A DNA stretch of 64,000 nucleotides. Origin: a virus. The DNA lies in IMG/VR virus record IMGVR_UViG_3300010413_000015, positions 1-64,000 of that record; one strand, given 5' to 3'. The notes beneath the pieces were generated by a model. It saw only the letters and a list, made by a program, of their open reading frames with translations. It searched no databases and had not been told where the DNA came from. Positions 46,539 through 56,437 of this stretch are shown piece after piece (the stretch's first letter is position 1; each line of letters starts with the position of its first letter). The position numbers and the translations under genes are program-made.

Positions 46539-47603
46539 CTATGTGAAGAGAAGCGCCCAGTTGACAATGCCGGCAGCATAAGCTGCCAGGATTTTGTCAA
46601 ACTCGCCTGGTACAAAGCTGTCACTGCCATCTAGGATATTCAGCATGGCTCGTCCTAGCCGGTGGGCCTGGTCGGCCACAGTGCCAGGACCGACCTCCCC
46701 CTTGGCCTCATCAACGAGTCTAACCAAGTAGGGCTGGACTAGGTTGGTGAGATGCTCAGAAAGCATCTCCTTGTGCATGTCGCCTTCCTTGACGTGGTGT
46801 ACAAGGGGGGCACCTACCGTAGCAACCATGCCCCTTATGTCCATGATGGTCTTGAGGATGTACATGCTCCACACATCATCATGCCGGCGGACACGGAACC
46901 CGGAAGGGGTGAAGTAGTCGGGGGGCTGCCAGAATGCTGGAACCAGGGAGGCAACCATTTGCACGTTCATGATGGACAGCGGCAACTTCTGTCCATAGGC
47001 CAATGCCACGTACTCTTGGGAAAGCTTTCGGTCGGCGGTAGCCTCGTCTCCGTTTAACTTGTCGATGCCATTGATGTCGGCTGTGCCAGTCCACAGCCCC
47101 TCGTTGAATGAGGGGGCTACAATCTTCTGAAGGCCCTTGTAGGCCTCCTCGCCACGGTACTCATAGGGATACCCTCGTGCCCACATCCTCTTCTCACCGA
47201 GCTGTCCCAGTGGGTTGTACCAGCCGGACAGTGTGTAAAACGTGTCAGCTGCTACTTCCCTGCCTATGGGGATTTTGTCTATGAAGTCGGGGGTGACTCG
47301 AGTATCGCAATCATCGTCCAAGAGGATGATGATATCATGCTTCTCCTTGGCTGCGTAGTACAAGCCGAATGCCTTACACGAGGGGTTGCGTCGTGCAATC
47401 CACATGCCTGCATTTGGCAAGTATGCCTCCTGGTCGCTATGGGTGAATAGCTTCATGTTCTTTGGCATGGGCCCCCTCTCCGCCATGCCATTCGAGTCAT
47501 CCACCACAATGATTTCAGCGACTCTGTCCAGCAATGGGTCAAGATACTCAACCGGAAATGCCCTCACGCTGGGAATCACCACACAGTACGTAGGGTCCCT
47601 CAT
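46539..47603 (-). CDS. GT75 / reversibly glycosylated polypeptide-like (UDP-sugar mutase-like) protein
   Basis: VVIPS.R, C..FG, LDDDC, RGYPYEYR, GLW.G..D..G, MNV, R.DDVW, GAPLVHH motifs. Confidence 0.75.
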   Translation of the reverse strand: MRDPTYCVVIPSVRAFPVEYLDPLLDRVAEIIVVDDSNGMAERGPMPKNMKLFTHSDQEAYLPNAGMWIARRNPSCKAFGLYYAAKEKHDIIILLDDDCDTRVTPDFIDKIPIGREVAADTFYTLSGWYNPLGQLGEKRMWARGYPYEYRGEEAYKGLQKIVAPSFNEGLWTGTADINGIDKLNGDEATADRKLSQEYVALAYGQKLPLSIMNVQMVASLVPAFWQPPDYFTPSGFRVRRHDDVWSMYILKTIMDIRGMVATVGAPLVHHVKEGDMHKEMLSEHLTNLVQPYLVRLVDEAKGEVGPGTVADQAHRLGRAMLNILDGSDSFVPGEFDKILAAYAAGIVNWALLFT

Positions 47604-48298
47604 TGTCTCGCGCATCCTTCCCTCCTTGTCCATAGTGGGGCCTTAAACTGGACTTCGTAGTAAAGCTCCATGTCTGCCTCGTTCAATGCCAGAATCCTCT
47701 TCTGGAGGTCCCGGTTCCCAACAAGCTCTCGCAGCCTGTCCGTGTATGTTGGTGATGGTGAAAGGTTGGTCCTGGGTAGTACGAAGGTCGGCCAGTGCAG
47801 CTTGTTTGCCAGCATGCAGATCCCCTGCTCCAGGAACTCGTAGGAGATTGCAGCGTCTACATCTTCTAGGTTGCCCACCATCTCTGTCTGGATGTTCTGC
47901 CTGGGTCTCTGCTCAATGAAGTCATCGACTGTCTCAAAGTTCACCATGTAGGGATGCGACTTCTCCCAGAGGTACCACGAGAAGATGAGAGACATTGGGT
48001 GCCTGACAATAGTCACTACAGGCATGTTGTCAACCAGGTTCTTTGGATAGAGAAATAGTGGGGTGTGCCCGTGGTAAGCAGGCATGGGCACGAACTCTTC
48101 CAAGAGACGGGCCCTGTGCCAGGCGGCCAGAAACGCCGGCCGGTCAGTCCAATACCTGGAGTCCTGGTCACGGACGTAGATTCCCATAAGACTCTTTTCG
48201 GGGCCAGGAAAGTACCCAATGTTCTCTGCCCCGTACACCTGGTTCATGACTTGTTTAAGGGTAGTCCCCCCAGTTCTAGGAATGTGAATGTGAATCAT
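47600..48298 (-). CDS. sulfotransferase family protein
   Basis: HIPRTGGTTL (5'-PSB loop), T.VRHP....SWY (3'-PB), N..D.ELY. Confidence 0.85.
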   Translation of the reverse strand: MIHIHIPRTGGTTLKQVMNQVYGAENIGYFPGPEKSLMGIYVRDQDSRYWTDRPAFLAAWHRARLLEEFVPMPAYHGHTPLFLYPKNLVDNMPVVTIVRHPMSLIFSWYLWEKSHPYMVNFETVDDFIEQRPRQNIQTEMVGNLEDVDAAISYEFLEQGICMLANKLHWPTFVLPRTNLSPSPTYTDRLRELVGNRDLQKRILALNEADMELYYEVQFKAPLWTRREGCARQ

Positions 48299-48764
48299 TC
48301 TTCTGCCTCACACACAGGAACGCCAGTGTTTCCTGGTTATGTGTCCATGGCCTGTCGAACTGTATGCAGGTGAGCCGAGACTTGGACAGGTAATTTGCCA
48401 TGATTGGTATATTGAATCCCGTCTTGTGGAACTCGCCCTCGTGCTCCTGATTGCCGAAAATGATGTCCAGCCACCAGTCGCTGCTTCCCATTTCTAGCCA
48501 CCTGGTGACACACCATTCCAGACTCGGGACACGGATATCTGCGAAGCCGTCCGGATGAAGAACTCGGGCAATCTCCTTGAGGGCCGGAACCACGCAGGCC
48601 TTAGGAAGATGTTCCAAGACATGTGAGCAGTATAGGTCTTCCACAGACCCGCTGAGGAGGGGAAGCCGCAGCAAGTCTGCGCGGACGTCCCCTCCTACAA
48701 AGCGGTCTATCCCGAAGTAGCCTTGTAGCTTGTTCCTGCCGCACCCAAGGTCAACTTTTATCAC
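48276..48764 (-). CDS. class I SAM-dependent methyltransferase
   Basis: DLGCG, GID, SHVLEH, RVL.P.G...I.VP. Confidence 0.85.
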   Translation of the reverse strand: MIKVDLGCGRNKLQGYFGIDRFVGGDVRADLLRLPLLSGSVEDLYCSHVLEHLPKACVVPALKEIARVLHPDGFADIRVPSLEWCVTRWLEMGSSDWWLDIIFGNQEHEGEFHKTGFNIPIMANYLSKSRLTCIQFDRPWTHNQETLAFLCVRQKNDSHSHS

Positions 48765-48960
48765 TGGCACCCTCCACAGGCAACATGCTATCCGGGCTCC
48801 AGGCGCTAGAATCCATTGGCACCCAAGAATCATCCCCACCAATGGTTATTGTGTACCCTGGCTTCGCTATGTACCTTGGGACCGATTCTTCTAGCAATCG
48901 GTTCAGCTTCTTGAGCTCCCGCAGAATGTCTTCCAGAATCTGGTGTTCTAGTCTAGCCAT
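48751..48960 (-). CDS. hypothetical protein
   Basis: 69 aa, overlap-coupled on both sides. Confidence 0.45.
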   Translation of the reverse strand: MARLEHQILEDILRELKKLNRLLEESVPRYIAKPGYTITIGGDDSWVPMDSSAWSPDSMLPVEGASDKS

Positions 48961-50401
48961 CTTTTACCACCGTCCCTCCCAGAATCATGATCTGGGCATC
49001 TGCCGGGGGTGGCCCCGCTTCTACCGGGCTTGACCCATAGCTCATCTGGTAGAACCAGTCTAGGTTTGTCCACCGGTCCCCCATGAACAGTTGGTCAAGT
49101 TCCTCCAGGGTCAGCATGTACAGGTCCCACGCAGTCCCGGGGGTGGCCTCTTTCTGTGGGGTGGAGAAGACAAAGTTTCCGCCAGGCTTGAGTACCCGGT
49201 ACACCTCGTTTAGGAACGCTTCCTTGTCTTTGATGTGCTCCAGGACCTCGAAACACAGCACTTGGTCAACGGTGTTGTCCCCCACAATCAGCATCTTGGT
49301 TGCATCGCTGGTTGCGAAGGTAACATTCGATGCCTCGTAGAACTTCTTGGCATGCTCGATGCTTTCCTCATCGATGTCTACACCAATGTACTCCTTGGCG
49401 TTGACCACAACGGCAGCACCATACCCGGTGCCACAGCCAATGTCCAGAACGACATCGTCATGGGTAAAGTTGGCGGCCCACTCGTATCGCTGAACGTGGT
49501 CACGGAGGATTCCACCGGTCCCACCACCCTCTGCACGCTCCCGAGGGCCATGGTTGTAGATAGGATACAGGCCCCCATGCTGGCGCATGGCCTGCACGCT
49601 GGAGTAGTCACGGCCGGCTATCGCCTTCATAGCCTCTTCCATATTTCTGGGGCTCTCTCCGTGCCATTGATGGTACACCATTAGGTTTCCAGAGGGGGCC
49701 GGGCTTATAGGGCTCTTGACGATGATGGTCGAGATCCCCCCAATGCGCCTGCGGTCCAGGAAGTCCATGTCCACACTGCCCCACACGTCAAACTCTCGAA
49801 AACCACCCAGCCAGCGCCACTTGTCCATCTTCATGGCCCAGAAGACCTCGGAGTCCCAAGTGTTGCGCTTCTCCTGGTTGTTGTTGGTGTAGTCGATTCC
49901 CTTCACCACACCATCAGCCCAGTTCTCCATGTAGAAGCCATCCATGGTCCTCAGATTGTGCAGGTCCCTCTTCCAGGCCGGCATGGGCCCCTGAGGCAGC
50001 CAGTAGGGGATAGCGGTGGCCCAGGAGCCCGGGTTGGCCATGATGGTCTCGTACATAAGCTCCAGCGCATCAGGGGGAACCATAATCTCCGGGTGGGTGG
50101 CTACCAGAACCTGGCCGGTGGCATGGGTTGAGACCGCGTTGCGCACCTTGCACCCATCCCTCCACTTGCCCGGTTCCTTCGGAAGGTTCAGGTCCTCAGG
50201 GGCAGAGAAGTACCGCAGGGGCAACCCCGCCTCCTGCCACTTCTCTACAACCTCTCGGGTATTATCCTGGCTGGCATCGTCGGCAATCAGGTACTCCCAT
50301 TCATCAAAGGGGAGCGTCTGTTTTGAGTACGTGTACAGGGCATTGTCTAGCATCTCGGCCCTGTTAAACGTTGCGGAAATCACGGAAATCTTCATCATCA
50401 A
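48953..50401 (-). CDS. GT2 glycosyltransferase fused to a SAM methyltransferase
   Basis: ISATFNRA, ADDASQD, GGF.E...WG..D.DF..R; C-terminal VLDIGCGTGYG, FEVLEH, RVLKPGG. Confidence 0.88.
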   Translation of the reverse strand: MMMKISVISATFNRAEMLDNALYTYSKQTLPFDEWEYLIADDASQDNTREVVEKWQEAGLPLRYFSAPEDLNLPKEPGKWRDGCKVRNAVSTHATGQVLVATHPEIMVPPDALELMYETIMANPGSWATAIPYWLPQGPMPAWKRDLHNLRTMDGFYMENWADGVVKGIDYTNNNQEKRNTWDSEVFWAMKMDKWRWLGGFREFDVWGSVDMDFLDRRRIGGISTIIVKSPISPAPSGNLMVYHQWHGESPRNMEEAMKAIAGRDYSSVQAMRQHGGLYPIYNHGPRERAEGGGTGGILRDHVQRYEWAANFTHDDVVLDIGCGTGYGAAVVVNAKEYIGVDIDEESIEHAKKFYEASNVTFATSDATKMLIVGDNTVDQVLCFEVLEHIKDKEAFLNEVYRVLKPGGNFVFSTPQKEATPGTAWDLYMLTLEELDQLFMGDRWTNLDWFYQMSYGSSPVEAGPPPADAQIMILGGTVVKDG

Positions 50402-50410
50402 CCTCCAAGA

Positions 50411-50779
50411 TTATGGGATGAACAACTTGTCCATCCATGTGGGTTCTGAATCGGGAGTAACCTGCCAGGACCGTGGTTCCAGTGGGTGAATCCGGATGTA
50501 AAAGTCCCCGGGCCCTACATGAACAACCTGGCCCGCATGGACAGTCTTTGCTCCATCAGGCAAGAGGGCAATATATAGAGGGTCTGTGGTCTCCTGAGTC
50601 TCGTACACTGCCATGCCGTCAATCATGGCATCCTGCTCAAAAAGGAATGAGACCGGGTTCAGGTTCGTAAGTCCTCCCTCTACAAACTTGATGACCAATG
50701 GCTGGGACCGTACCTCCGGAAGGGCACAGCCCTCGAACTGGAGGCGTACCCATCCTGCACATCCATAACCCTCTGGCAT
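50411..50779 (-). CDS. hypothetical protein
   Basis: 122 aa, GGAGG RBS. Confidence 0.55.
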   Translation of the reverse strand: MPEGYGCAGWVRLQFEGCALPEVRSQPLVIKFVEGGLTNLNPVSFLFEQDAMIDGMAVYETQETTDPLYIALLPDGAKTVHAGQVVHVGPGDFYIRIHPLEPRSWQVTPDSEPTWMDKLFIP

Positions 50780-50995
50780 CTAGCCATCCCTCCCCGGCTT
50801 GCCGGCATCATGGTCCATCATCCTGGCATGCCACTGTGGTCCCCTCTGGAAGACACCAGGTACAGATACCCGGAATATCGCTGGCTGGCCACATAACGGA
50901 CATGTGGCCCCCTCCTTCCGGGCAGCCATCCTCCGAATCAGGGAGAAGTTGTACTGGCATTCTTCTGAGGTGCACTGGTAGGTATAAACTGGCAT
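50780..50995 (-). CDS. FmdB-family zinc ribbon protein
   Basis: MPVYTYQC....C...F...CPLCG. Confidence 0.8.
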   Translation of the reverse strand: MPVYTYQCTSEECQYNFSLIRRMAARKEGATCPLCGQPAIFRVSVPGVFQRGPQWHARMMDHDAGKPGRDG

Positions 50996-51003
50996 GGTCC
51001 CTC

Positions 51004-51216
51004 CTAGTACCGAATGTTGAAAGAGGTTGGGTGCCCACGGACACACACACCCTTAATGGCTTCTGCCCCTCTACTGACCTTCAACCGGGCAACTTGGGTT
51101 GGGTGCACGGGTAGCAGAACAGGATACGTCTCCCTGATGACCTTGGCCTTCTCCAACAACTTACACACCGGGCAGGGGATGGCATTCACCCCACTGCGTA
51201 CCGGAAATCCCTCCAT
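51004..51216 (-). CDS. small hypothetical protein
   Basis: 70 aa, CPVC...C..H, GGAGG RBS. Confidence 0.5.
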   Translation of the reverse strand: MEGFPVRSGVNAIPCPVCKLLEKAKVIRETYPVLLPVHPTQVARLKVSRGAEAIKGVCVRGHPTSFNIRY

Positions 51217-51224
51217 TTCCCCTC

Positions 51225-53102
51225 CTAGCGATAGCGCACTTCCCTTCGAGAGTCCCGAGACTCGCGGAAGAACTCGAAGGTTTTGATTATGTCGTCATCA
51301 TCCTCAACTGGAGCTGGTTTCTCAAACTCACTTGCAACCCACCGGTAGGTCCGGTTGGCTAGGCACAACATGGCCATTACCACGTCCTGGGGCCGGTCTT
51401 TGGGCAGCTTCAGCTTGAACTCCGCCATCTCCAGTTCCATCATGGCAATCCCTGGCGCATGGAACATGCACCCATAGCGGTTACTACCACGTAGCATCCT
51501 CTGTAGCTTCATGACCTCCGTTGCCACATCAGATCCCATGTTCAGGGGAAACACGAACAGGTCGTCGGGCCAGACTACTGTATGTACGTGTTTCTGCGTT
51601 CCACCAGACTCTACAGCGAAATCGCCTTCCAGCATAGGGTACTTCGACAGAGCATCTTTCGCGGCCGCAATCCAGGGGTCAATGGACCCATGCTGTCCCG
51701 GAATGTTCCCCGTGCGGAAGTACACGATTTCAAAGGGAGGGCCTAGGTCAATTCGCGCCCCAACAATCACCCACTTGTTGCGGTCGGGAATTTTCCCTGC
51801 CCCCGGGTCAGACCCAAAAGCGTAGACCCCGCCAGGCTCGGCCGGTTTTTCGTAGTGCCACAGACCCCAATCCGGGTGCGTTTCGTATACGAAACCTGGC
51901 TCTTCGTTTTCTACCGCCTCTACAGCCAGCTCATCAAGCTGGCCAACAAACAGGTCTTCCAGATAGGGGAATACGTCTCCGGAGGCTGCAGGCTTGACCG
52001 CCTCCAACTCCACGGCCAGGGCGTTCGGGTCGGTAAACTGTTGGGACCAGAAGGCGATCTGGCCAGAGGTCAGGTATAGGTTCATGGTGCTGGTCCACCG
52101 TGCCGACCACCGCAGGGTGGGGTCTGCCTTACCCTTTTCCCACCGGTTCCACCAGGCCAGATGGTAAGGAGCATTCCCAATCATGGTCAACTCCGTCCGC
52201 TTGGCCAGGTTCTCTCCTTCTACCCAGCGCTCGAGCTTCTCCTGCATCATCTTGCGTTTGAAGGGGTTCATTTCCCATTCAATGTCACGGACACGACGGG
52301 CATACTCCTCCTTCAGTTCAGGATGCGAGTTGAGGATGTACTCATTCACGCCTCGGGCCGTTCCCGTTAGCACGCCCACGTACCAATCTGTGACAAAGAG
52401 CCGGAATCCTTCATCTACACTGACCAGGCCCACCCGCTCCCCACGAACACGCTCAAGGTTCTCGCCAATGGTTCGGAACAGCCAGCGAGTACCCGGGTCG
52501 TGCTCATTCCAGGAGTGAAGAAAGACTTCAGGCAGGGGGTTGGTATGGTAGTCTTTGACAAACAGGTCCCAAAACTTCCCTACACGAGCCTGCTTCAGGA
52601 GGAAATAGTACACGAGCTTGGCCTGGTCCAGAGTGGGTCCTACGTGCAACCAATCATGACCAGGCCACAGCACGCTTCTTAGCGCCTTGGAGACCCCAAC
52701 GGTCTCTGACTTTCCACAACCACGTCCCCCCATGACCATCTGGTCTCGAATTGGGCAGTAGTGCAGTTCTGCCTGATACCGCTGGAACTCCCAGCCAAAC
52801 AACCAGCGCGAGACCAGGTTCACATGCAGGATACTGTCAATGTGCTTCACCTGCACGTCGCAGTCTGGACAGATGGGCACTAGACCTACGCCGGCTGGGT
52901 CATACTCAGCCGAGTACATCTGCCCACAGCTTCGACACTCATATCGCTCAATGCGCGGCAGGTGGTTGGGCCAGTCTTCCCTGTATTTCTTCCATCCATA
53001 CAGAAGAAACTGCTCTCCCCGTGCCGCAATCTTGATGAGCTCGATTTCGTCCTCGGTCAGGCGGTCATCCACATATGCCTGGACCGGCTCTCGTTTGGCC
53101 AC
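51225..53102 (-). CDS. terL: terminase large subunit
   Basis: YQ adenine-binding motif, Walker A GGRGCGKS, PTLDQAK, RGE, Walker B VSVDE, nuclease GSDP and D.VMA. Confidence 0.88.
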   Translation of the reverse strand: MAKREPVQAYVDDRLTEDEIELIKIAARGEQFLLYGWKKYREDWPNHLPRIERYECRSCGQMYSAEYDPAGVGLVPICPDCDVQVKHIDSILHVNLVSRWLFGWEFQRYQAELHYCPIRDQMVMGGRGCGKSETVGVSKALRSVLWPGHDWLHVGPTLDQAKLVYYFLLKQARVGKFWDLFVKDYHTNPLPEVFLHSWNEHDPGTRWLFRTIGENLERVRGERVGLVSVDEGFRLFVTDWYVGVLTGTARGVNEYILNSHPELKEEYARRVRDIEWEMNPFKRKMMQEKLERWVEGENLAKRTELTMIGNAPYHLAWWNRWEKGKADPTLRWSARWTSTMNLYLTSGQIAFWSQQFTDPNALAVELEAVKPAASGDVFPYLEDLFVGQLDELAVEAVENEEPGFVYETHPDWGLWHYEKPAEPGGVYAFGSDPGAGKIPDRNKWVIVGARIDLGPPFEIVYFRTGNIPGQHGSIDPWIAAAKDALSKYPMLEGDFAVESGGTQKHVHTVVWPDDLFVFPLNMGSDVATEVMKLQRMLRGSNRYGCMFHAPGIAMMELEMAEFKLKLPKDRPQDVVMAMLCLANRTYRWVASEFEKPAPVEDDDDIIKTFEFFRESRDSRREVRYR

Positions 53103-53359
53103 TACTTCTTCCTTTTCCCTGCTGTGCGAGGGGCCCAGCGTGTGTCCAGCCCCTCCTTCCAGGTCTCTTCGTCCATCCAGTGAGGTTGAAACAGCGGCTC
53201 ACTCTCTGACCAGGTGCAGGAAAGGCAGGCACCTGCCCAGGTGCCGGACTCACTCCCGCAGTTAGGGCAGGTGACAAACCCCTGGTCGTTGGTGAAGAAC
53301 TTAGGCTTGGCTCTCTTTTTTTCCGACGGAAACCCTAGAGTCATACAGAAACGCTCCAC
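53102..53359 (-). CDS. zinc-ribbon protein
   Basis: CPNCG...CLSC. Confidence 0.5.
   Translation of the reverse strand: MERFCMTLGFPSEKKRAKPKFFTNDQGFVTCPNCGSESGTWAGACLSCTWSESEPLFQPHWMDEETWKEGLDTRWAPRTAGKRKK
53320..53332. repeat. dispersed palindrome copy 9
   Basis: TTTCCGACGGAAA, read FPSEK. Confidence 0.95.
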
Positions 53360-53419
53360 TCATATCGTCTGCCCACACTACCGCCTTCTGTCATTCCCCC
53401 GCCCTCCCTGAACGATATG

Positions 53420-54628
53420 CTACCGCACAATCCTGCGGAGCTGCTTCACTTGTGTCTTTACCCCGCCCCACAGCATGCTCGTTTGACTCGGGGCAGGCTC
53501 ATCGGGTGGGGGGTTATTCTGCAGAATACGAATCACAGGCATTTCCAGCCAGTAGCTAGGCCCCCCGTGCCGCCAGGAGCCTGTTGCCCAGGAGTCCCCA
53601 TCCCAGGCACCGGACCCCCCACCACAACTATCCAGGCCTAGCCAGAATCCATACCACCGTACCGGGGTGGAGATGCGATTCACTACATGCTCTGTCCATA
53701 CAGCCACTGTGTCCGGCGTGGGCCTAAGAAACCGCAAATCACGATTTTCGCCAGACCCCGCAACGGCACCAGGGGTCCAGCCCCCCTCTGTCATACAGAG
53801 GTACAGCACCTTCCCGAAGTGCCTCTGCATGTAGAATGCCACTCGCTCCCAACCCCGCCAGCAGGTATCGTCTACAATGGCTGTCAGGCCCGGCTGCTTC
53901 CCGGCCTTGCGTGCTGCATTCACCATTTCAAGGGGAACATCATTGAGCCCCCGGTCACTGAGGAAGGGACCAAACCATTGCTCGATATCCTTCTCAGTCA
54001 GAAGGGGACTTCCTAGCTGTGTTACTGAATCATAGGGGAAATCAGGGGGGCGGTTCAGGCCGTACCAGTGACCGGCAAAGCCCATCCAGCCGGCCTCCCA
54101 GTGATGCCACACGGGCTCGATGCTCGGGAAGAAGTCATAGGGCCAGCTTGGCCCATCGGCAAACAACGCAACCCCGCCTTCGGATACCACGCCCGACCCA
54201 TGCTTCATGTAGTAATCTAGGTACCGGAGGTCCCAGTCCTTAGGAGTACCGTCTCCTGCCCATTCCCGGCCGTCACCGGGCTCATTCCCGATTAGGACCA
54301 GGGGGGTCAGACCATAGGCGGCGAACTGGCGGACCAGCTCTCTCACATGGTCCATTACGGGCCAGCCGCGATTGAGGAGTACCTTGAACCGCACTACGGG
54401 GACAATACCATTGTCCAAGAACAACTGCACCACACTCCGGCCCCCAAGAGCATCCATGGGCCGGGTGACAGAATCTCCCTCTGCCAGGAGAATCACGTAC
54501 CCGATTCGCATGTTCTTCAGGAGCTCAATCCAGTACTCCCACTTCTCTACCCATACGTCATGGTACCCAAAGGGCAGCCAGTGCAGCCCCCTGTTTGTGG
54601 TGTGGTCAAACGAGGTCTTTGGCTCCAT
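53420..54628 (-). CDS. GH-A-like (TIM-barrel) glycoside hydrolase
   Basis: PVVR, GNEP, GHWY, MTEGGW motifs. Confidence 0.65.
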   Translation of the reverse strand: MEPKTSFDHTTNRGLHWLPFGYHDVWVEKWEYWIELLKNMRIGYVILLAEGDSVTRPMDALGGRSVVQLFLDNGIVPVVRFKVLLNRGWPVMDHVRELVRQFAAYGLTPLVLIGNEPGDGREWAGDGTPKDWDLRYLDYYMKHGSGVVSEGGVALFADGPSWPYDFFPSIEPVWHHWEAGWMGFAGHWYGLNRPPDFPYDSVTQLGSPLLTEKDIEQWFGPFLSDRGLNDVPLEMVNAARKAGKQPGLTAIVDDTCWRGWERVAFYMQRHFGKVLYLCMTEGGWTPGAVAGSGENRDLRFLRPTPDTVAVWTEHVVNRISTPVRWYGFWLGLDSCGGGSGAWDGDSWATGSWRHGGPSYWLEMPVIRILQNNPPPDEPAPSQTSMLWGGVKTQVKQLRRIVR

Positions 54629-55536
54629 TAGGGCACCGTCCCCGTGCGGATGGCATACGCATAGACCTCCGCATCTGCCTCGTAGATGCCATAGGTGTCC
54701 CACTCCCAACCAGGGGAAGCTGTGTACAAGTAGATGGCTTCCACCGATGGAGATTTCTGGCATTCCCATTGGTAGCCCAGGAGCTGGCGGACATACTGCT
54801 TGGGGTCCTTATCAACTACACGCCAGCCTCCCCGAGGGCCCACGAGTAACCGGTCAATCCCGGCCTCTGTGATGTGCAGCCGTGGTAGCTCGTACTCTGG
54901 CCATGCAGGTGCCAATGCCCTGATAATCCTCCGGTGGCGCAACGTCAGATGGGTTTCCAGACGCACAGCCCCTATCGCCGGGTCTAGCTTCGTCGTGAGA
55001 ACTGTGGGCCAGTTGTACTCGTGCATCGACCAGATGCCCTTGTACTTCAGGAGCGCTGCAATCCCCTGGCCGAAGAGCTCTGGAACATGCTCCGGCTCTG
55101 GATGGCCTACCCCAAAGCAGTACCCACAGGACCGGATGCCAAACTCCTCGTACAGGAGGCGCGTATACTCTGCCGTGAAGTAGTCCAGGGCCTGGCGCCC
55201 AGCCCGGTCCTTCAGGATGAGCGCATTCGAGGGCTCGTTCATGTGCTCCACATAGAACCTGGGCTTGGACAACCATGGGCGCTTCTGTAGCTCTCCACGA
55301 ACCCGGTCCAGGCGAGGCTTGGCCCCCGCCTTCCCCATGAGCACTTCCCGCTTTGCCGTCCCCTCGTCCTCAAAGAACCGGACAATCCAATTGAGACTGG
55401 GGAAGTCGTAGGCAAATGGCTCCTGGTCCCCAGGGTCCATGCACTTCATCCACCGCACGCCCGAAAGTGCAATGAATGCCTTGATCCAATGAGGCATCCC
55501 CAACTGAATGTGCAACGTCAGGAGCGAGTCCGTCAT
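54628..55536 (-). CDS. GH-A-like (TIM-barrel) glycoside hydrolase
   Basis: IVR, MNEP, F.VGHP, MHEY, ITEAGID motifs. Confidence 0.65.
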   Translation of the reverse strand: MTDSLLTLHIQLGMPHWIKAFIALSGVRWMKCMDPGDQEPFAYDFPSLNWIVRFFEDEGTAKREVLMGKAGAKPRLDRVRGELQKRPWLSKPRFYVEHMNEPSNALILKDRAGRQALDYFTAEYTRLLYEEFGIRSCGYCFGVGHPEPEHVPELFGQGIAALLKYKGIWSMHEYNWPTVLTTKLDPAIGAVRLETHLTLRHRRIIRALAPAWPEYELPRLHITEAGIDRLLVGPRGGWRVVDKDPKQYVRQLLGYQWECQKSPSVEAIYLYTASPGWEWDTYGIYEADAEVYAYAIRTGTVP

Positions 55537-56189
55537 GCTGTATTCTCCTCGATAGCCGTGAGGAGCGCGATAATCTTGTTCAGCTTCCTCAACACCTTGA
55601 GCTGGAAGTCTGGGTCCGGGACAGGGTCCGTCTCTTCAGCCAGCGCTTCAACTTCCTCAAACTCTACGTCGAAATGGTCGTGGTTCGTCCCTACTATCAT
55701 GCCTAACCCCCGTATCACGTCAGAATGTGTTTCGTGCCCGTAGGCCCACATGCCGTGAGGCCCTCTCTCACCTTTTGCAGGGTCGTAGTACGCACCCCGC
55801 CCCATGTCGCCCGTGACAGTGCCATCATTCTTGGTTACGAGCTCTACCGCCCGACCTGGCACCATGCCTGTGACAAGCCCATCCGCAGGCCCTGCCCAAA
55901 TGTCAATCGGTGCATCTGGCCAGTACCAGGCCACTCTCGTCAACGGCCGGTTGCCATACTTGTCCGACATCGTCACCTGAATACTGGAATTGGTGTCCAC
56001 CCTCTCCACCAAACGCACAATCCGCCAGACCTTCGTCCCCTCAGGTACAACCGGCCGGTATATCTGGTACGGCCCGTACTTGGCTAGCAAGTATACCTCA
56101 TCCCTCGTATTCCCATTCGCATCCACAACCTCAATGGTCATAGTGCTGCCATCTCCTTTCTTGAAGCCGTACGGCACCCTCGTCTCCAC
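55533..56189 (-). CDS. hypothetical protein (first gene of the - strand late operon)
   Basis: 218 aa; WPDAP, MG.GAYY.P..GE.GPH, GLGM...TNH.H; GGAGG RBS. Confidence 0.7.
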   Translation of the reverse strand: METRVPYGFKKGDGSTMTIEVVDANGNTRDEVYLLAKYGPYQIYRPVVPEGTKVWRIVRLVERVDTNSSIQVTMSDKYGNRPLTRVAWYWPDAPIDIWAGPADGLVTGMVPGRAVELVTKNDGTVTGDMGRGAYYDPAKGERGPHGMWAYGHETHSDVIRGLGMIVGTNHDHFDVEFEEVEALAEETDPVPDPDFQLKVLRKLNKIIALLTAIEENTA

Positions 56190-56218
56190 TTACACCTCCA
56201 AGATTCCCAGATGGGGTC

Positions 56219-56247
56219 ATTCTACCACGATTGGGGTTATTCGTCAA
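56219..56247 (-). promoter_or_regulatory. sigma70-type promoter of the late operon
   Basis: TTGACG-N17-TAGAAT with TG extension, 30 nt upstream of the 56189 start. Confidence 0.75.
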
Positions 56248-56305
56248 TGCAACCATAGATGCGTAGACGTAGACAATGCCTGTGCCTGCCTGCAGTTGCG
56301 GGAGT

Positions 56306-56364
56306 GCGCATCGCTTGACACTCCATCATAGGGGGAGTACTTGATGGAGTGTCAAGTTATGCGC
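56306..56364. repeat. long inverted repeat at the strand-divergence point
   Basis: CTTGACACTCCATCA (56314-28) / TGATGGAGTGTCAAG (56342-56), extended by GCGCAT/ATGCGC. Confidence 0.9.
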
Positions 56365-56437
56365 TCGCACATTGAGAGGGGGGTCACACTTTGGAAAGCC
56401 GTATTAGTAGTATAGGGTGAGTCCGGGACTGTTGCTT

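Noticed and set aside
52190-52370. Possible intein in TerL
   Set aside because: The insert is only ~50 aa and lacks the C/S start and HN end splice motifs
13070-56331. Numerous + strand ORFs opposite the structural operon
   Set aside because: Antisense shadows of long - strand genes in GC-rich DNA, with no recognisable motifs
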